NCBI GenBank assembly: GCA_000934665.2 | Contig: KZ538065.1 | Location: 1-64,000, forward strand | DNA length: 64,000 nt | Direction of reading: 5' to 3' | Source of the DNA: Catajapyx aquilonaris | Taxonomy: Eukaryota | Shown: positions 38,061-49,198 of the stretch, piece after piece | How the letters are laid out: every line of letters starts with the position of its first letter | Position numbering within the stretch: position 1 is the stretch's first letter | Notes under the pieces: generated by a model | Told to the model about the DNA's origin: nothing | Database searches by the model: none | What the model saw: only the letters and a program-made list of their open reading frames with translations | Program-made: the position numbers and the translations under genes

Positions 38061-41000
38061 GTAAGTTTGTGGTTCATCAAGGGTGGTGAAAGTGATCTGT
38101 TTGCTACAGCTTGGGAAAAAGTCAAAACTGGTTTTGATGCATTCGGAGCAAGCAGTGCATACGTGCATTATAATGTGTGTGTGGTCCCCCTCCTTGAAGG
38201 CATTCTTGTCTTGCTCGGAGCAAACAAAGAGAACCAAATTATTGCTGGGGGAAGGGGGGGGGGGGAAAATATTTAGACGACTTGTGAAGGTTAAGCATTT
38301 GTCCTTGACAGTGAAGTTGACGGATGTGGTGGGTTGAGTCGAGCTGAGGATAAGTGCAATTAAAATATGCAAATAACAAACATCCTTCGAGAGGCCCATG
38401 ATCTCGGTCATAGTCGCAGGTGCATGAACGGACATTAAGGAAAAACACTCAAATTACGCACAATATTCAGAATCTGCAATGGTCTATTTTGGGAATGCTG
38501 ATTTGGTATTACTATAACTAGTTTAGCAGAGTACAGTGTGTGGAACAGGATAGCACTCCTAAGTTAATGGCATTGCGACGTAAGCGTGAGACGTTGACCT
38601 GACCTTAGCGGCCTGAATTAGCAATCGTGTGTAGTGCAAAATGAGGCTCAGTGGGATCACCTCATTACACGCTAGGGCGATTAACTTCACCTAGTGTTAC
38701 AATAGAAAAATGAAACATTGTTTGAATCAGCCAGGCAGTGCACATTCGCATGGAACATATTAGATCGTATGGGTAGCGGTCGACCAACATTTGGTAAAAT
38801 TAAACTCCATCGCATCGGACATGTATTTTTCTCTCAATTGATGGGCGGACTGATATTATCCCCATCCAATACTTCATCTTTTCATAAACACCGATCAGAT
38901 AATGCTTATCTTCTATCAATGAAGAAATAAATATCTCATACAGTATTTGCTACATGTTACTGCACATGTTGGTCGTGGCTTCTCGCTTGTACACAATTCA
39001 TGTAAATTTCGTAATATGGGCATTTTTTTTACAAATCCGAGTCCACTAATCGAAAAATATCTCGATATACCTTGGGATAAAGATTTAAAAAAAATTCCTA
39101 CGCTTTGTCGCCCTTGAACATTTTAAGATCTTAAGGTGACTTCCATAAAGGATCCTTTTTGGACAAAAATGTGTTGCGTCGTAATCAAAATGAAGCCTAG
39201 AGCAGTTAATTAACCGTGAACTCTTAATTTAACACTTTATAGGCACATGAAGAAATTCTGATAATTATTGGGCATGTATTGTTTTGGTTTATGAAAAAAG
39301 TCCCACGCAATTCACGCAAGCAGCAAGTGAAGGCATTCCCAACGAAGGTAATAACCACTCAACGTGGATAAGAATTTTCTCATGTGGTTATTAATGTGAT
39401 ACTTACATAATGATAAAATCTAAATGTTGTGTCCAGGCTATGCTTTATCTCTATGGTGCATCACATAAACTGAATAATAATTATCTTCGTGAGATCACAG
39501 AATTGAAAGGGTGCTCAAATTGTTTCATTGTGTCACAGAGGTTAATGTAGAAGAGACTAATATTGGTGCCAATAATAGAGTGCGCGTTTCATAAGGTATA
39601 GCTCACATCCATACAGGAAAATCGTTCACGGACAAATTTCCAATAATTATGACTCTGATCTCACCTTCATTTGAGTGAAATGATACATACCCAGTGAAAA
39701 GGGCTTTCCAACAGTGTGAGTACAGCACAGTCCAAATTAAAGGAGTAAATGAAAATTAAGTCCGCCACATTTTGACCAACACGGATGTGAGCTAACTTAT
39801 TAAACATCCAGTATACCATAGGTCACCGCTTCTATCCAGGAAATTATATCCATCAATCAAAGTGAAGCAAATTGCCACGATGTTTAGAATGCAAATAAAT
39901 TTGTTCCTCACCTTACTTTGGAGCGCCACTACCCAATTGTTAGTACAGTTAAAACAAAAACGGTGCCTTACTTGTGCTAACTGGCTTTGTACTCAAAAAC
40001 TTGGATTTAGAACACGGATAATGGCATTTAATTTGGCATCGACATGTGGCACAATATTGCATTTTGCAGGCAACAGGTGTCCAGATTGGTTAACCCCAAA
40101 CACTGACGGACGTAGTAAAAACGATGCAACATAGCTGTAAAAAGTTCTCTCCCCACGTGGGATTAGGTCAACAGTCAGGCCAGCTGGCATGTGGTATAGT
40201 TGGCAGGAATAAGAGGTCACCTCACGTGGGACGCCTTATCCATATACATAGCAAGCAGATTGGCTCTGGGCGAGGTTACCACCTCTTTAAGTATGCCCGT
40301 AAACAACACTTGAAAGTCATTATTATCGAGTGAATCACCGCTATGAAAATTCGCGACTATCTTAATGTCACTTGCTGAAGTCGTATAATTGAATGGACTT
40401 GCTACTGGACTGGAAACTGGTTCAAGATGAGAATCTTGATTGTGTCCGTACTGATTGCGTGGGAAATCTAGGCTGGTTTCTTAGCACGTGACTGACCCCG
40501 TGGTTTAACAACTAGAAAACATTGTAGGCAGAACTTACATAAGAACCAAACTTTGTCAGCATGTGCATTCAGTCATTATGTCAGCCAAAGCGCGATAATA
40601 ATTCATGTCAAAAATTGCATGCAATATACTGCACTTATGTAAATAAGTTACGGCACAACTTGAAATGCAATGTGTGCAATATGATTCATGACGAGTCGAG
40701 TCAGTGTTTTAAAAAAAGACGAGGAAAATCGTCTACGTACAATGCAATCATCAAAGCCTCATATCTACTCGTAGAAATCAACTCTGACAGTTCTCCTTCT
40801 GCTCCATCCCATTTTCCTCACCTACTCAAGTATATGACCCACACCCTGAAAGGACCTGGCGATTAGATTGTCACGACATCACCTGACATCTCAATGTGGG
40901 TCAATGCCGGGTTGTCACTTCCATTAGCTAGGATGTGAGAAGTGGAATGGCTAAGAAAGATGAGTATACCTCCGCTATTAGCAAACTAAGAGCGGCCTCC

Positions 41001-44000
41001 ATCCCTCTGAGAAATAGCGGTTTCTCGAAATTCCCTGTCCCCAGCGACCTGATGCTGGTCAAGATGCGACTTCCTGGTGTGTCCTGTGCGTGTTATCTTG
41101 TGCTCACCAGTGTGCAGTTGCAGCACGATGAAATACTTTCTTTTTTACCACCTTTCTCACTACTATTAAAAATTATAAATGAGCGACGAACCGGAAGACA
41201 ATGCAGTGTATCCGCCATGCATTGCCCTGGTTTTAGGGCCATATTTTATTTTTATTTTTAATGAACTATTTCCCCCCTAATTTTTTTATACTGTAGTGAT
41301 GGGAAAGGGTGTTCGCTAATCGCCCCTGCAAAAGCGTGAGGAGGCGGAAGTTGAAAAGGATGGCACTTGACTCACTGGTGCATAGAGTTGAGGAATCATT
41401 CTGACCTAGAGTTACCCCTCGATTTCATTTCGGTTGCAGAACGGAAATATCGGCCTGGTTCTCTCCGGAATCCGGTGTGTATTTTTACAGTTGTGGCCCA
41501 AAGATTGCTATCGGGAAGGGGAATTCCATAGAATTGCTGGAGAGCATCTTTGCTCTTAAGGTTGTAATTTCCTACCTCTTGGTTCCAGACCCGCGAATTA
41601 GGAGCTACCCTTTAATGGACAGCCCCTGGCCGTTACTTCTGCTGGCCTCGTTCTACCTTGTCTTTTGCCTCAAGTTGGGTCCTGCCTTCATGAAGGGCAG
41701 GGAGCCCTTCAAACTCAAGAAAACACTGGTCCTCTACAATGTGTACCAAATTGCAGTCAACCTCTACCTGTTCATTGAGGTTGGTTGTGTTGGTTCACTC
41801 AATGCATCACTTTCACCCGTTGTCATTTATAAAGTACGTCACGCTGCATGGTGTGGGGGTTGAAACAAGCGTGACGGACCGTGACAGCATTTTTTGTGTG
41901 CAACAAGCCATTTGCAGATGATTTTTAAATCCATAAATCCTACTTACACTGTGGCATTAAAATAATTTTATTACTTTGTTGTCATGTTTGACCTTCCCAT
42001 CCAGGGTGTAATCCAGTGAATCAAGCTTAATGGCTGTCGTAGAAAAATTATTGTTCCTCAAGGTGACCTTATTTGGGCCTTGCACCTGGATAAATTATTA
42101 GTTTACACATTAAACAATTGAAGAGTCCAGGGGAAAAAGGGGGAATGTCACACAAAAAATATTCGTGAGAAATCGAAGAAATTGCTTTATTTCTTCACGT
42201 GTATAAGGAATAATAGGGATATCTTCACGGCATTATATGCAACTGTCCCCCTTGTACCCATGGAAAGCCTCCAGGTATAAGTGGCACCTACGTACTATTG
42301 TACTGTGCACTTGGCAGGAACCCCAATGGAATTTGACATTCCCCATTTTTCCCCTGGACTCTTCAATTCATGAACGACCCTTTAATACTATTATTTTGTA
42401 ATTCCAGGGTGGGAGCATTGCTTGGTTCGGCAAATACAACTATATTTGTGCACCTGTGGACAAGAGCAGCAGTCTGGAAGCTTCATTGGTAAAGTGACTG
42501 GTCACACGAGAATCCAGTGTGATACAAAGTTTCTTTGTGGGCCAACCGGTGGCAATCAACCGGGGCAATAATCACTACTTTTTCTCTGTCTTTTTGCGCA
42601 GGCTGTGCGGTTCTGCTACATGTACCTCCTCACTCGAATCGTCGACTATCTCGACACGGTAAGGTTGTGAAGGTGCCGTGAACAAAAATATATACTGTTC
42701 GAAATGAAGGGGGCTGTGCAGTAACTGTCAACACCAAGACCCACTAAAATATTTTAACTTATATTCAACATTATTTTCACGCAGGTCTTCTTCGTGTTGA
42801 CGAAAAAGTTCACCCACGTGTCCAGCCTCCATCTGATTCACCACATTCTGACCACGCTAGGCGTGTGGTACGGTATACGCGTGACGCCAGGTGAGTTTCT
42901 CGCCTAATGATGGGAGTGTACGTACCAGACGGTACTTGCTTTAGGCCGTGTAACCTTGAAGGAGCAGACCCAATTGGCCGGTTCTGATGGAATGGAAGCG
43001 GAAAACAGGTCCCACGAAGAAGGGAAACGTATACAGGACTATTAGTCCGCATTGCTCAGGAGGACAGTTTTCACTTTTTTATTTTGCGATAAACCAAGGT
43101 GACCCAGCTTCCATTCAGGCTCTTCAAGATTTCGCTGGGTGCTGCATTTTATCTGATTAGAATCCAGTGAATTTTTCTAGACGGACGAGTCTAGCGGTAC
43201 TGATGCATTCGGAATGATTCATTCACACGAAGCATCGTTAAAGAAAGCGAATAATTCTTTTACAGTAGGTAGAAACGGTATTGAAAACTAAAGAACTGAT
43301 TTGGCACTGCGATGCAACAATTTCAAAGCGAGACAATTTCAAGTCCAATAATATTCCACATGTTTGTACTCATTAATATGTATACGTATTAGTGTAACGA
43401 TAATTGTATGCTAATGTAATTATTGTAATGAATAGTGCACTATCTGTATCCTCCTAAAGAATATAAAATCCGGCCTGGGGTAAAATATTATTATGTGTAG
43501 ACTGTAAATATTCCTATAATACGAGTATAATCATATAAATAAATGAATAAATAAACTCTCCTTTTGTAAAGCACACAACTCTCACGTTACGAGTATATCA
43601 TCCACCTTCTGTATTTTAAGGCCTGGTTGTACAACCCCCCCCCCCCTATTAATGCAACATATCGCATAATACCCATTACGCACACTAGTATTTTAAACCG
43701 CAATTTGCCTTAATTACACAACTGGGCCTTAGTCACTTTGGAATAAATTAAATGAATCATTTTACGTCTGGAAGCTAATTTAATTGCACGTAACTGCATG
43801 GTTTTGATGTAATATCTTACATTTACTTATACAGGAACGTGCACCTGACAATCTATACCTGTTTCAGGTGGACATGGGACCTTCATGGGATTTATCAACT
43901 CATTTGTGCACTCAGTCATGTATTCCTACTATCTCCTGGCTGCAATGGGTCCAGAGTTTCAAAAATACCTGTGGTGGAAGAAATACCTCACCATCATGCA

Positions 44001-45098
44001 GATCGTAAGAATCACTCTGACCTAGATTATGTAACTCTTCATTTCCCGCTTCAACAGTGATTAGTAAGCTATCAATTTTTTTCACCGGCATAAACACTTT
44101 TTTGCTGTCTCGCACCTACTAGACAAAAAATGTATGGGGAATGAAAACACGTGGAAGTAACTGTACTGGTTCAGGATGCACCTGATGTACTGGTTCAGGA
44201 TGCACTTTAAAAAAAATCTGGGATGTCCTGAAAACACGAAGTTTATCAGATGGGAGTAGTTGTTGGCTGAGCATCGATCTTTCAGAGGAAAAGATGGGAT
44301 GCTTATATGCTTCATGTGTGTCACCTACAATATAATGGAGCGCGTGTAAGGAAGAATGAGAATGTGCAGAGTAATGTTCCAATTGCGCGGATAAACGAAG
44401 CAGGACAGGAGAATGGTCTCGATTGGTCAGTGACGCGTGTAACGGAAAATTGGTGGGATTTAGTTCCAGAAAGCGGCATCGTTGAGAGAGATTGTTTCGC
44501 TTGATTCGGAAGCACACACGACAGCCATTCCGTCCTCATAATCCGACTCGATTGATTAACTGACCTGCATTCATTTCACGCATTTTTAAACTAATCGGAT
44601 TCGAGCTTAAGTTAATTCTTGTCTGCAGCATGCACAACAAAATAAACGAAAAAATGCTGCCGTAAGGATTAATTTTCGAGTGACAGGAAACAAAAGTCCT
44701 GGTTTTAATGTAGGTTAATTCTAAAATACAGTCTTTTAATTTCAGGTGCAGTTTTTCATAATTTTCATTCATGAGAGTGCAGCAATTGTAGTCGGATGTG
44801 ACTACCCTGTACGGATAAATGTGTGCATAATGTGTCTGTCCATGCTGCTTGCATCGATGTTTTCCAACTTTTACTATCATGCATACTTGAAGAACAAAAC
44901 AAAAGTGGCCGTAAGTACCTCCGTAATATGTACGATACTGTACACCCTGAAAATATGTATTAATTCATATCAAATTGTTTGTAGGGATCTATCCAAGCGA
45001 ATGGAACCACCAAAAATCACCAACATTCCAATGGAACATCCAAGAGTTCATCACACACCAGGATGACAATTACGATCAAGGCTAAAAAAATTAGCTGA
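38000..45098 (+). CDS. Elongase C: divergent ELOVL-family elongase (closest to B), 8 coding exons, 303 aa, C-terminal KKxx
   Basis: join(38000..38060,41589..41779,42408..42488,42602..42658,42785..42890,43868..44004,44746..44910,44985..45098) = 912 nt, GT-AG, continuous frame. Motifs TRIVDYLDT, LHLIHH, NSFVHSVMYSYY, KYLWWKK; ends KAKKIS*. Confidence 0.94.
41589..41779 (+). CDS. Elongase C exon 2 (DPRIRSYPLMDSPW...YNVYQIAVNLYLFIE)
   Basis: ttccag/gttggt, 191 nt. Confidence 0.95.
42116..42368. mobile_element. MITE with about 31-bp TIRs and probable AATT TSD (Sola-like), intron 2 of elongase C
   Basis: AATT-GAAGAGTCCAGGGGAAAAAGGGGGAATGTCA ... TGACATTCCCCATTTTTCCCCTGGACTCTTC-AATT, 1 mismatch. 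The Sola1 assignment is inferred from the AWWT target. Confidence 0.85.
42408..42488 (+). CDS. Elongase C exon 3 (GGSIAWFGKYNYICAPVDKSSSLEASL)
   Basis: ttccag/gtaaag, 81 nt. Confidence 0.94.
42602..42658 (+). CDS. Elongase C exon 4 (AVRFCYMYLLTRIVDYLDT)
   Basis: cgcag/gtaagg, 57 nt. Confidence 0.94.
42785..42890 (+). CDS. Elongase C exon 5 (VFFVLTKKFTHVSSLHLIHHILTTLGVWYGIRVTP)
   Basis: cgcag/gtgagt, 106 nt, HxxHH. Confidence 0.95.
43868..44004 (+). CDS. Elongase C exon 6 (GGHGTFMGFINSFVHSVMYSYY...KYLWWKKYLTIMQI)
   Basis: tttcag/gtaaga, 137 nt. Confidence 0.95.
44162..44205. repeat. 24-bp tandem duplication
   Basis: tgtactggttcaggatgcacctga tgtactggttcaggatgcac. Confidence 0.85.
44746..44910 (+). 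CDS. Elongase C exon 7 (VQFFIIFIHESAAIVVGCDYP...FSNFYYHAYLKNKTKVA)
   Basis: tttcag/gtaagt, 165 nt. Confidence 0.93.
44985..45098 (+). CDS. Elongase C exon 8 (GSIQANGTTKNHQHSNGTSK...TIKAKKIS*)
   Basis: tgtag acceptor, phase 0, ends in dilysine KKIS, TGA 45096-45098. Confidence 0.87.
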   Translation, partial: GSIQANGTTKNHQHSNGTSKSSSHTRMTITIKAKKIS

Positions 45099-48000
45099 AA
45101 AATTTGCCAATTCAATTAAGATATTGATCGTACAGCACGGTTTGCAAAGCACCTACATTGTTCCTATTTGATATTTTTGTAGGTGCATAAAAGAGAGTAA
45201 GTATTACATCAGATTTGCATGATTATATGCTTGTAACTTGTATTACTATAATAATATTGTTGCAATTACTGCCGGCTCTTCGAGGATGTTGGAATATGAG
45301 TGAGTGGAGAATGACTATACACACCCTACAAAGGACTAAGATATCTAAAGTCAAAGTATACCACAGCTCTTTCACATCTGACTGAGATAATTTGCAACCA
45401 TACACATTTTAAGTCATAACATTATCGGCGGATGCATACAATAATTATCTAGTAACTCAGAATAAGTTGCAGGTCAATTATTATAGTTCTCCATGTTTAA
45501 CAATCCCGATTCATAATTACATTCAACTGAATATTTTTTGTGTGCATTTCTAAGGTGTCACATATGGGTATTACATAGATACGTATTACAATGCCAGGAT
45601 AATATAGCTCCTCGGAATTGCTGTTCAAAAGCTGGATTGAGCAATGAGCACTTGGTTTTTTAAGTTTTATAATTTTGTAATTTTAAAAGTGACCTGTTAC
45701 TTTGCGTAAAGTCATCGGTTGACCTACACACACATGTATTAAGTGTATTTGGTTGCCTTGATTATCACAAATGTACGAACATGTCGCTATTACAGCTTCA
45801 TAACCACTGCAATAGGCAACTATATATGTGCCAAATGCAGTATTACACAGCCGTCACTTACACACTGCTGCCAAACACACCTTGTTGTCTGGCCCTACCA
45901 TATACAATCATGCTCTAGAAAGAGGATGCACCTGCAGTATATTGTCCCGATGTAGTCAGAGGTGTGTAATCTCTTGCAGAGAATTTCCCGATTAATTTTT
46001 GGTGATAAAATGTACTGATGTACTATGACGTGCACTAAAGTTTGGCCCATGAGTAACCTAACATGTTTTATTAAAAGGACTTTGAGCTCCAGGAAGTGAA
46101 ATGCGAGCACTACAATCCATAGACACTAATTAAGGGCAATATTATGAGCTGTTATCATGCCCATCACATTATCATAATTTTAAATAACTTTTTTTGTAAT
46201 AGTGAACGATTTGCACTGTAACCTTGAATTTGTTAATATAATACAGCCCATATGATACTTCTCAGCATGCAGGGCTACAGGTTTTGATGTAAGTTAATAA
46301 TTATCACATTTCAGTGCTTTGAATGCGTTATCCCATGTGAACAGTGCATTATTTGAAAGGTACATACTTGTGTCTCACTATGGCCATGACTTCGGAGACT
46401 TGGCAATGACTTTATCATAAAATATTTCACTTACGATAAATTACAGTAACAATGTTATGCATCAAAAGTAATAGATAAAAAACTACTCTTCAAAATTAAT
46501 ATAGTACCGGTACTTATCGTAGTGTGATGACCAGAGCGTATCTCGCCTCCATTGAAGTACTTATCGTTACTGCCACTGCCATTCCTTGTCTGTATGTGTA
46601 AGTTTTGTACAAAAGGCACAGCCCTAATTGCTGCTCTGCAGGTCTCGAGACATGCAGGATGTCTGTCAATATAACTAAAAATATTAGGTTGCATAAGACA
46701 ATATCCCTATTTTCTAGTCCCCATTTTCTGAGAGACAAAAATCATGGTGTGGAGAAGCTTAGGTATTCCCGGTAATTGTGTAAAAATAAAACAACAGCAT
46801 TCGGCGTGTTTCTTGTTATTCGCACAAATGCTAAATTATGATTGTGCCAATTTTGATACTCCTCGCCTTACACGCTATTTTATTTGCCTTTTTTCAAATG
46901 ACCAAAATAATGACATGCTTCTGTGAGCGCTAATGGGCATGACTTGCAATCTTTTTGCATGGTTCTTTTCAAGACTACAGCAAGGTTCAGTAAAGCATTA
47001 TTAAATTAGTCCAGCGGTTTATTTCTAAATCACGTTTTGCATGACCACAATTTATATCATCAGGGATATTGTTGGCGAGCTGAACATTTTTAAATATATT
47101 TTTGCTCGGCTTTATTTTGTTTGTATATCTTTAGGCAGCCAATTCATTCTCCTTCTGCCATATTTATCCTGGCAGGATAAGTCCCCTGGGTTGTCATCAT
47201 ATTTACCTGCATGAGGGTATGTTTAAGGAACAGTATTCTGCTATGCTTGACAGGGTTTTCAGTACCGGTATAAGCTGGTATAGGTTAATATTATGCAAAT
47301 TGGTCCATTTTTGCATCCAAAACTCTTGCGGTACAATGTTTTATGTGGTTCTGCTTTGATGTGTATCTCATCAGGAATAAAAAAAACTGTCTCAGGTCAG
47401 TTCTAAAACACATTCCCTACCTGGTCTACAATCTTGCAGAAGGGCAAGTGTCATGTGGGTTGCTTTCTCTCAGGATAATCCAGCATTCACAAAACCACTG
47501 AGAATTCGATATTTGCACCCAACGCAGTCAATTAATTATTATTGGACACACAGTCCTTCACTGCTTCAAGGGACTGCTTATGCTTTGCCATCCTATGATA
47601 TTAAAAAATAATTAATAGCGAAATCAGACATGAATTTGAATAAACTCGAGAGAGGAATTCTGGTAGCGGTGCTTTCGTTTCCCGTCAGGTGGCAGCAGCC
47701 TGCACGGAGTTCCCATATGACAAGTTCGCGAATTCTCCACAGAATAAATGGACCGAGGTAGGCCATGTCATTTCCTAAGACCTAACATTGCAATTACTCG
47801 ACACTCGTAATGATTTAAGTGAAGATTATTATAAATGCAGGTAAGTACTGCACATACAGTAGCTGCCCCACTGCATAGTATTGCATATTTGCATGCCACT
47901 AACTTACGATACACCAGCTAATGAGTTTAGGATACACTTTGGTCCACTTTAAACTTAAAATATCAAATTATCACGAAATTATTATGACTATAGGCCGTCC

Positions 48001-48452
48001 AGGAAACGACTGCATGGGTTTTCTTGGGTTTAGAAGTAGAGTTGCCAGACGCAAAAGGAACCCGGAATACCCCACCTCCACGTTGAAAAAAAATCTCCAC
48101 CTGGCTACTCTACTTATCTTAATGGTAAACATAGGGACTGGGGTGGTGGGGAGGGGGGCTGAAAAGTCGGAAAAAATCACCTAATCCTCGCAGTCTCTTC
48201 TTTGTCTCCCTTTATGATTGTTTACTTTATACAAGGTCATCTAAAGAGAATGTTCTGATTATGAATTCCTATATTTCTATCACTAGAAATCTTATAGCCT
48301 AAACATACCGGCATCTAAATTATTTACGTTTTGAAATGCTAAGGAAATTAATGTCAGAAGTTTCGGTCTTACCATAGTATGTTTTGATAATATCAGACTC
48401 TCCATTTGCCTTTTGGCAGATATTAAACGGTATTATGGGTCTCGTGCCAAAT

Positions 48453-48572
48453 CCCCTCCAAGGGGGTAACCACTTCGGTACTACGGTGTACACCTGCGAG
48501 TGGTACTCCCAGGTACTCCTCAGGTACCTCACTCTTTATTACTCCTTGGTACGCCTTGAATTTGGTACTCCA
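48453..48572 (-). repeat. Dispersed GAGTACC-subrepeat element, copy 2
   Basis: ccaagggggtaaccacttcggtactacggtgtacac...gtggtactcccaggtactcc is the inverted homolog of 2630-2727. Confidence 0.8.
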
Positions 48573-48620
48573 GTGTACGACTGTACACTTTTCAGTCGAG
48601 TGATTACCCCCTTGATCCCC

Positions 48621-49198
48621 TCAATCATGTCTGGCGTATCCGTTGCGATCCAATTCCGTAGGTGCTGGAGATTCCGGATCTTTTCACTATACACAATGTT
48701 CTTGATGATTCGCATAAAAACCCGTGAAATAAACCTGGCGTAGAGATGTTTCACAATCATCAATTTTGTTCATCCTCCCAGTCTTGAATAGGAAGTTCCC
48801 CAACGCCTGGCACCCAGAAGTCCAGATCATTCCTCGCTTGACTTTTTTGTGGATATGTCAAGAACATTGTATATGGTGTAGCCTAAAGATCCAGAATCTC
48901 CAGCACCTATAAGGGATAGGATTGCAACAGCAACGTCAGACATGACTGCGCTTGCTGGTTAGGCAAGAGACAGGAAACCGTCTAGCCTCTAGCGTATAGC
49001 CTATACATTAGCTAAGAGACAAATGGAGATCATATATCAAAACAATGTAAAGACCAAAATTTCGTAGCATTCCAAAACTTAAATAATTGAGATACGTATA
49101 TTTACAAGTGTTCGAGTTAGAGGACTTTATAATCCCTTCCGAAGAGATTATAAAGTCCTCTAACTCGAAAACTTGTAAATTATTTTTTGATGGCCCTG
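48621..49198 (+). mobile_element. Tc1/mariner-superfamily transposase C-terminal relic with right terminus and an inverted partial copy
   Basis: Plus-strand frameshifted LNRKFPN.W..PRSPDHSSLDFF..GYVKNIVYG..KIQNLQHL..DRIAT (WPPRSPDLTPLDFFLWGYVK-type motif); terminus ...tgatggccctg followed by TA; inverted copy IKNIVYSEKIRNLQHLRNWIATDTPDM at 48621-48705. Confidence 0.78.
49100..49180. repeat. Near-perfect 40-bp-arm palindrome with 1-nt spacer
   Basis: ATTTACAAGTGTTCGAGTTAGAGGACTTTATAATCCCTTC-C-GAAGAGATTATAAAGTCCTCTAACTCGAAAACTTGTAAAT, 2 mismatches. Confidence 0.95.

Noticed and set aside
43280..43555. LINE 3' end with an (AATA)n-like tail in C intron 5
   Set aside because: Suggestive tail only; no readable reverse-transcriptase homology or TSD.
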